Position numbers and translations under genes: made by a program
In this document: positions 59,645 through 64,000 of the stretch, one piece after another
How positions within the stretch are numbered: position 1 is the first letter of the stretch
Layout of the letters: each line of letters begins with the position of its first letter
The notes under the pieces: model-generated
What the model was told of the DNA's origin: nothing
The model's input: only the letters and a program-made list of their open reading frames with translations
The model's database searches: none
Assembly: GCA_950097015.1 (NCBI GenBank)
Contig: CATNEN010000025.1
Location: 8,990,001-9,054,000, forward strand
Source: Macrostomum hystrix
Taxonomy: Eukaryota > Animalia > Platyhelminthes
DNA length: 64,000 bases
Direction: 5' to 3'

Positions 59645-61270
59645 ATGTCTAACAGGTAAATATTTCTGTCTAACAGGTGAAATTTTCTGTCTAACAGGTC
59701 AATATTACTGTCTAACAGGTGAATATTTCTGTCTAACAGGCGAATATTCCTTACTAACAGATGAATATTTCTTATCATACAGGTGAAAATTTCTGTCTAA
59801 CAGGTAAATTTTTATGTATAACAGGTCAATTATCTGTCTAACAGGTGAATATTCCTGTCTAACAGGTGAATATTCCTATCTAACAGATGAATATTTCTTG
59901 TCATACAGGTGAACATTTCTGTCTAACAGGTGAATATTCCTGTCTAACAGGTGAATATTCCTGTCTAACAGGTGAATATTTCCTGTCAAACAGGTGAGTA
60001 TTCCTGTCTAATAGGTGAATATTTCCTGTCAAACATGTGAATATTTCCTGTCAAACAGGTGAATATTTCCTGTCAAATATGTGAATATTTCTGTCTAACA
60101 GGTGAATATTTCCCGTCAAACAGGTGAATATTTCTGTCTAACAGGTGAATATTTCCTGTCAAACAGGTGAATATTTCCTGTCTAACAGGTGAATATTCCT
60201 GTCTAACAGGTGAATATATTCTGTCAAACAGGTGAGCATTTCTGTCTAACAGGTTCATTTTTATGTATAACAGGTCAATTATCTGTCTATCAGTTGAATA
60301 TTCCTGTTTAACAGGTGAATATTTCCTGTCTAACAGGTGAATATTCCTGTGTAACAGGTGAATATTTCCTGTCAAACAGGTGAGTATTCCTCTCTAATAG
60401 GTGAATATTTCCTGTCAAACATGTGAATATTTCCTGTCAAACAGGTGAATATTTCCTGTCAAACATGTGAATATTTCCTGTCAAACATGTGAATATTTCT
60501 GTCTAACAGGTGAATATTTCCTGTCAAACAGGTGAATATTTCTGTCTAACAGGTGAATATTCCTGTGTAACAGGTGAATATTTCCTGTCAAACAGGTGAG
60601 TATTCCTCTCTAATAGGTGAATATTTCCTGTCAAACATGTGAATATTTCCTGTCAAACAGGTGAATATTTCCTGTCAAACATGTGAATATTTCCTGTCAA
60701 ACATGTGAATATTTCTGTCTAACAGGTGAATATTTCCTGTCAAACAGGTGAATATTTCTGTCTAACAGGTGAATATTTCCTGTCAAACAGGTGAATATTT
60801 CCTGTCAAACATGTGAATATTTCTGTCTAACAGGTGAATATCTCCTGTCAAACATGTGAATATTTCTGTCTAACAGGTGAATATTTCTGTCTAACAGGTG
60901 AATATTTCTTGTCTAACAGGTGAACATTTCTTGTCTAACAGGTGAACATTTCTGTCTAACAGGTGAATATTTCTTGTCTAACAGGTGAACATTTCTGTCT
61001 AACAGGTGAATATTCCTTACTAACAGGTGAATATTTCTTGTCTAACAGGTGAACATTTCTGTCTAACAGGTTAATTTTTATGTATAACAGGTCAATTAAT
61101 TGTCTAACATGTGAATATTTCTGTCTAAAAGGTGAACATTTCTGTCTAACAGGTCAATATTCCTGTCAAACAGGTGAATATTTCTGTCAAACAGGTGAAT
61201 ATTTCTGTCAAACAGGTGAATATTTCCTGTCAAACAGGTGAATATTTCCTGTCAAACAGGTGAATATTCC
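59645..61270. repeat. 21-22-nt AACAGGTGAATATTTCCTGTC(T/A) minisatellite
   Basis: Direct reading. Confidence 0.94.
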
Positions 61271-61786
61271 TGCATAGCAGTTAACTTTGTCCTGCTACCA
61301 GGGTGCAATATTTCTTTAATGAGTTTTCCGGTCTGACAGTAATTAATTGCTGTTGTAGATTCTTTCTTTACGAAAGTATCCTTGGAAGATCGCGTCATAG
61401 ATTTATAATTAGCTTGTGATATCCGGCTTTAGTTATATTATCCCAGTCTACTCGGTCGTTTAAGAACTATTCTGGCAACTAGAGTCAGTTCTTCCCACCC
61501 GAACTGCGCAGGAATATTCCTTGTCGATGTCCTCTCAAATAGAAAAAATCGATCCATGCATGCAATGCGCGCAGAGCAAATGAAATTTCAAGAACAGAAG
61601 ACAGGTTTGAGTCAAGAAACTAATCGACCAGAAACGCGAGTTCAAGGCACTCCCGAAGCCAAAGTCCATTGCTCTCAGCCGCTCAGAACAGTTTAGAACC
61701 TAGACTCAAAAAGAGACAAGAAGAGAGATTCTCCAACAAGCAAAGAGCTCTATGCTAACTGCTTGTTGATATTAAAGTCCTCCACA

Positions 61787-62323
61787 ATGCCCAGCTCTAG
61801 TTGCCTCGGGGACATTGGCAGTCACGTGTACATCAGCGACCAGTCCAAGGACCAGCTGACTGCTGGCCTTCGGATTCGCTTGAATGTGGCCGCGCTTTGC
61901 CTCGGCTTCTGCCTGTTCGGCCTGTTCTGCGCCTGCCTGCTTATCATCCTGGCTGCCGCTGATCGAGACGGCGACGGGGTCAGCGTCAGCTCTCCGTCTT
62001 TGAGCACCCGGTCGATGCGGCAGGCGGCCTACTGGCTGTTCGGCTGCGCTGGAGGCGGCAGTGTGGTGTCCTGCCTGGTGTGGCTGACACTGGTGCGAAT
62101 GGCCCACTGCCAGTTGCGAGACCATGAGCACATGCTCGCCAGGGATCGCTACCAGTTCCCCGGGGAGGATCAGCGGCGTGTCGGCGTTTCCATGGAGACT
62201 GTGGTTGCTAACAGCATCAAGCAGCAGCAGCAGCAGCAGCAACAGCAGGAGTTGAGGCAGCAGAGAAGCGATCAGAGAGGTCAGCAGTTGGGTTCGGTTG
62301 TGGAAGAGAGACTAGTTTTATGA
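61787..62323 (+). CDS. Single-exon 178-aa protein with two predicted TM helices and a short polyQ
   Basis: ORF with hydrophobic stretches VAALCLGFCLFGLFCACLLIILAAA and AAYWLFGCAGGGSVVSCLVWLTLV; GC-rich coding-like composition. Family not recognised. Confidence 0.68.
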   Translation: MPSSSCLGDIGSHVYISDQSKDQLTAGLRIRLNVAALCLGFCLFGLFCACLLIILAAADRDGDGVSVSSPSLSTRSMRQAAYWLFGCAGGGSVVSCLVWLTLVRMAHCQLRDHEHMLARDRYQFPGEDQRRVGVSMETVVANSIKQQQQQQQQQELRQQRSDQRGQQLGSVVEERLVL

Positions 62324-62639
62324 TCATTGTGCCTCCAATAATTTTGCTTTTGTTTTTTCGACATTGAGAGACATTGCAAGTCAGTGAGTTAAAGAGTAGA
62401 GTAGACAAAGATTGAGGTAGATACGAGCCGTAGATTTGCGACGTGAGGGAGATGAGGAGTGAGGTAGATTGATTGAATGTCGCCATTTTTTATTACTAGA
62501 CGTTTTAGAATATGTATTTAATGACTGTAAATATACACAAATTTTATTATTTGTGACCATTCATTGTAACGTGAGAGTTCTCAGATTTTGATTCACGATC
62601 TTAATTTGTCTGTTTCTCACTTCGCCACAACTTCTTACC

Positions 62640-64000
62640 TCAATGTCTACCCCACCGACACCAACCTCACTCCATCTCTACCCACCGACACCCACCTCAC
62701 TCAATCTCTACCCCACCGACACCAACCACACTCCATCTCTACCCACTGACACCCACCTCACTTAATCTGACCTTAGCGACACCCAACTCACTCAATCTCT
62801 ACCCCACCGACACTAACCTCACTCCATCTCTACCCACCGACACCCACCTCACTCAATCTCTACCCCACCGACACCAACCACACTCCATCTCTACCCACCG
62901 ACACCCACCTCACTCAATCTCTACCCCACCGACACTAACCACACTCCATCTCTACCCACCGACACCCACCTCACTCAATCTGACCTTAGCGACACCCACC
63001 TCACTCAATCTCTACCCCACCGACACCAATCACACTCCATCTCTACCCCACCGACACCAACCTCACTCCATCTCTACCCCACCGACAACCCACCTCACTC
63101 AATCTCTACCCCACCGACACCAACCTCACTCCATCTCTACCCCACCGACAACCCACCTCACTCAATCTCTACCCCACCGACACCAACCACACTCCATCTC
63201 TACCCACCGACACCCACCTCACTCAATCTGACCTTAGTGACACCCACCCCACTCAATCTCTACCCCACCGACACCCACCTCACTCCATCTCTACCCACCG
63301 ACACCCACCTCACTCAATCTCTACCCCACCGACACCCACCTCACTCCATCTCTACCCCACCGACAACCCACCTCACTCAATCTCTACCCCACCGACACCA
63401 ACCTCACTCCATCTCTACCCCACCGACAACCCACCTCACTCAATCTCTACCCCGCCGACACCAACCACACTCCATCTCTACCCACCGACACCCACCTCAC
63501 TCAATCTCTACCCCACCGACACCAACCTCACTCCATCTCTACCCCACCGACAACCCACCTCACTCAATCTCCACCCCACCGACACCAACCTCACTCCATC
63601 TCTACCCCACCGACACCAACCTCACTCCATCTCTACCCCACCGACAACCCACCTCACTCAATCTCTACCCCGCCGACACCAACCACACTCCATCTCTACC
63701 CACCGACACCCACCTCACTCAATCTCTACCCCACCGACACTAACCACACTCCATCTCTACCCCACCGACACCCACCTCACTCCATCTCTACCCACCGACA
63801 CCCACCTCACTCAATCTCTACCCCACCGACACCAACCACACTCCATCTGACCTTAGCGACACCCACCTCACTCAATCTCTACCCCACCGACACCCACCTC
63901 ACTCAATCTCTACCCCACCGACACCCACCTCACTCAATCTCTACCCCACCGACAATCCATCTTACTCTATCTCTACCCCACCGACAACCCACCTTACTCA
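62640..64000. repeat. ~31-nt CACCGACACCCACCTCACTCAATCTCTACCC minisatellite, runs off the window
   Basis: Direct reading; CACCCACCTCAC core shared with the 19-nt repeat at ~31715-31912. Confidence 0.94.

Overview
Intron-rich animal genomic DNA; the minisatellite-packed introns, short GT-AG introns and gene content suggest an invertebrate, possibly a free-living flatworm such as Macrostomum (inference only). The window is framed by two convergent ionotropic glutamate receptor (iGluR) paralogues: gene A on + (162-24866) and gene B on - (47668 to at least 59180). Between them lie an orphan polyQ/acylation-motif ORF, a 4-exon calmodulin-like gene and a 5-exon divergent FGF-like gene. A single-exon 2-TM orphan sits head-to-head with gene B. 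Gene A carries a solo LTR and a complete 9.5-kb LTR element: two apparently identical 2322-bp LTRs, TAAT target duplication, tRNA-Leu-like PBS, a short gag and no pol. Antisense to that element is a three-exon gene with its own TATA box, phase-compatible splice sites and poly(A) signal, encoding an 82-aa tail-anchored membrane protein; this is the most novel-looking item. Other highlights are a 49-nt minisatellite whose every unit is shaped like a complete GT...AG mini-intron, an exon in a different order in the two iGluR paralogues, patchy near-identity between the paralogues, and non-canonical agonist-binding residues. Most long ORFs in the supplied track are tandem-repeat artefacts. All exon models were derived by hand from splice signals, phase and A/B homology, with no database searches.
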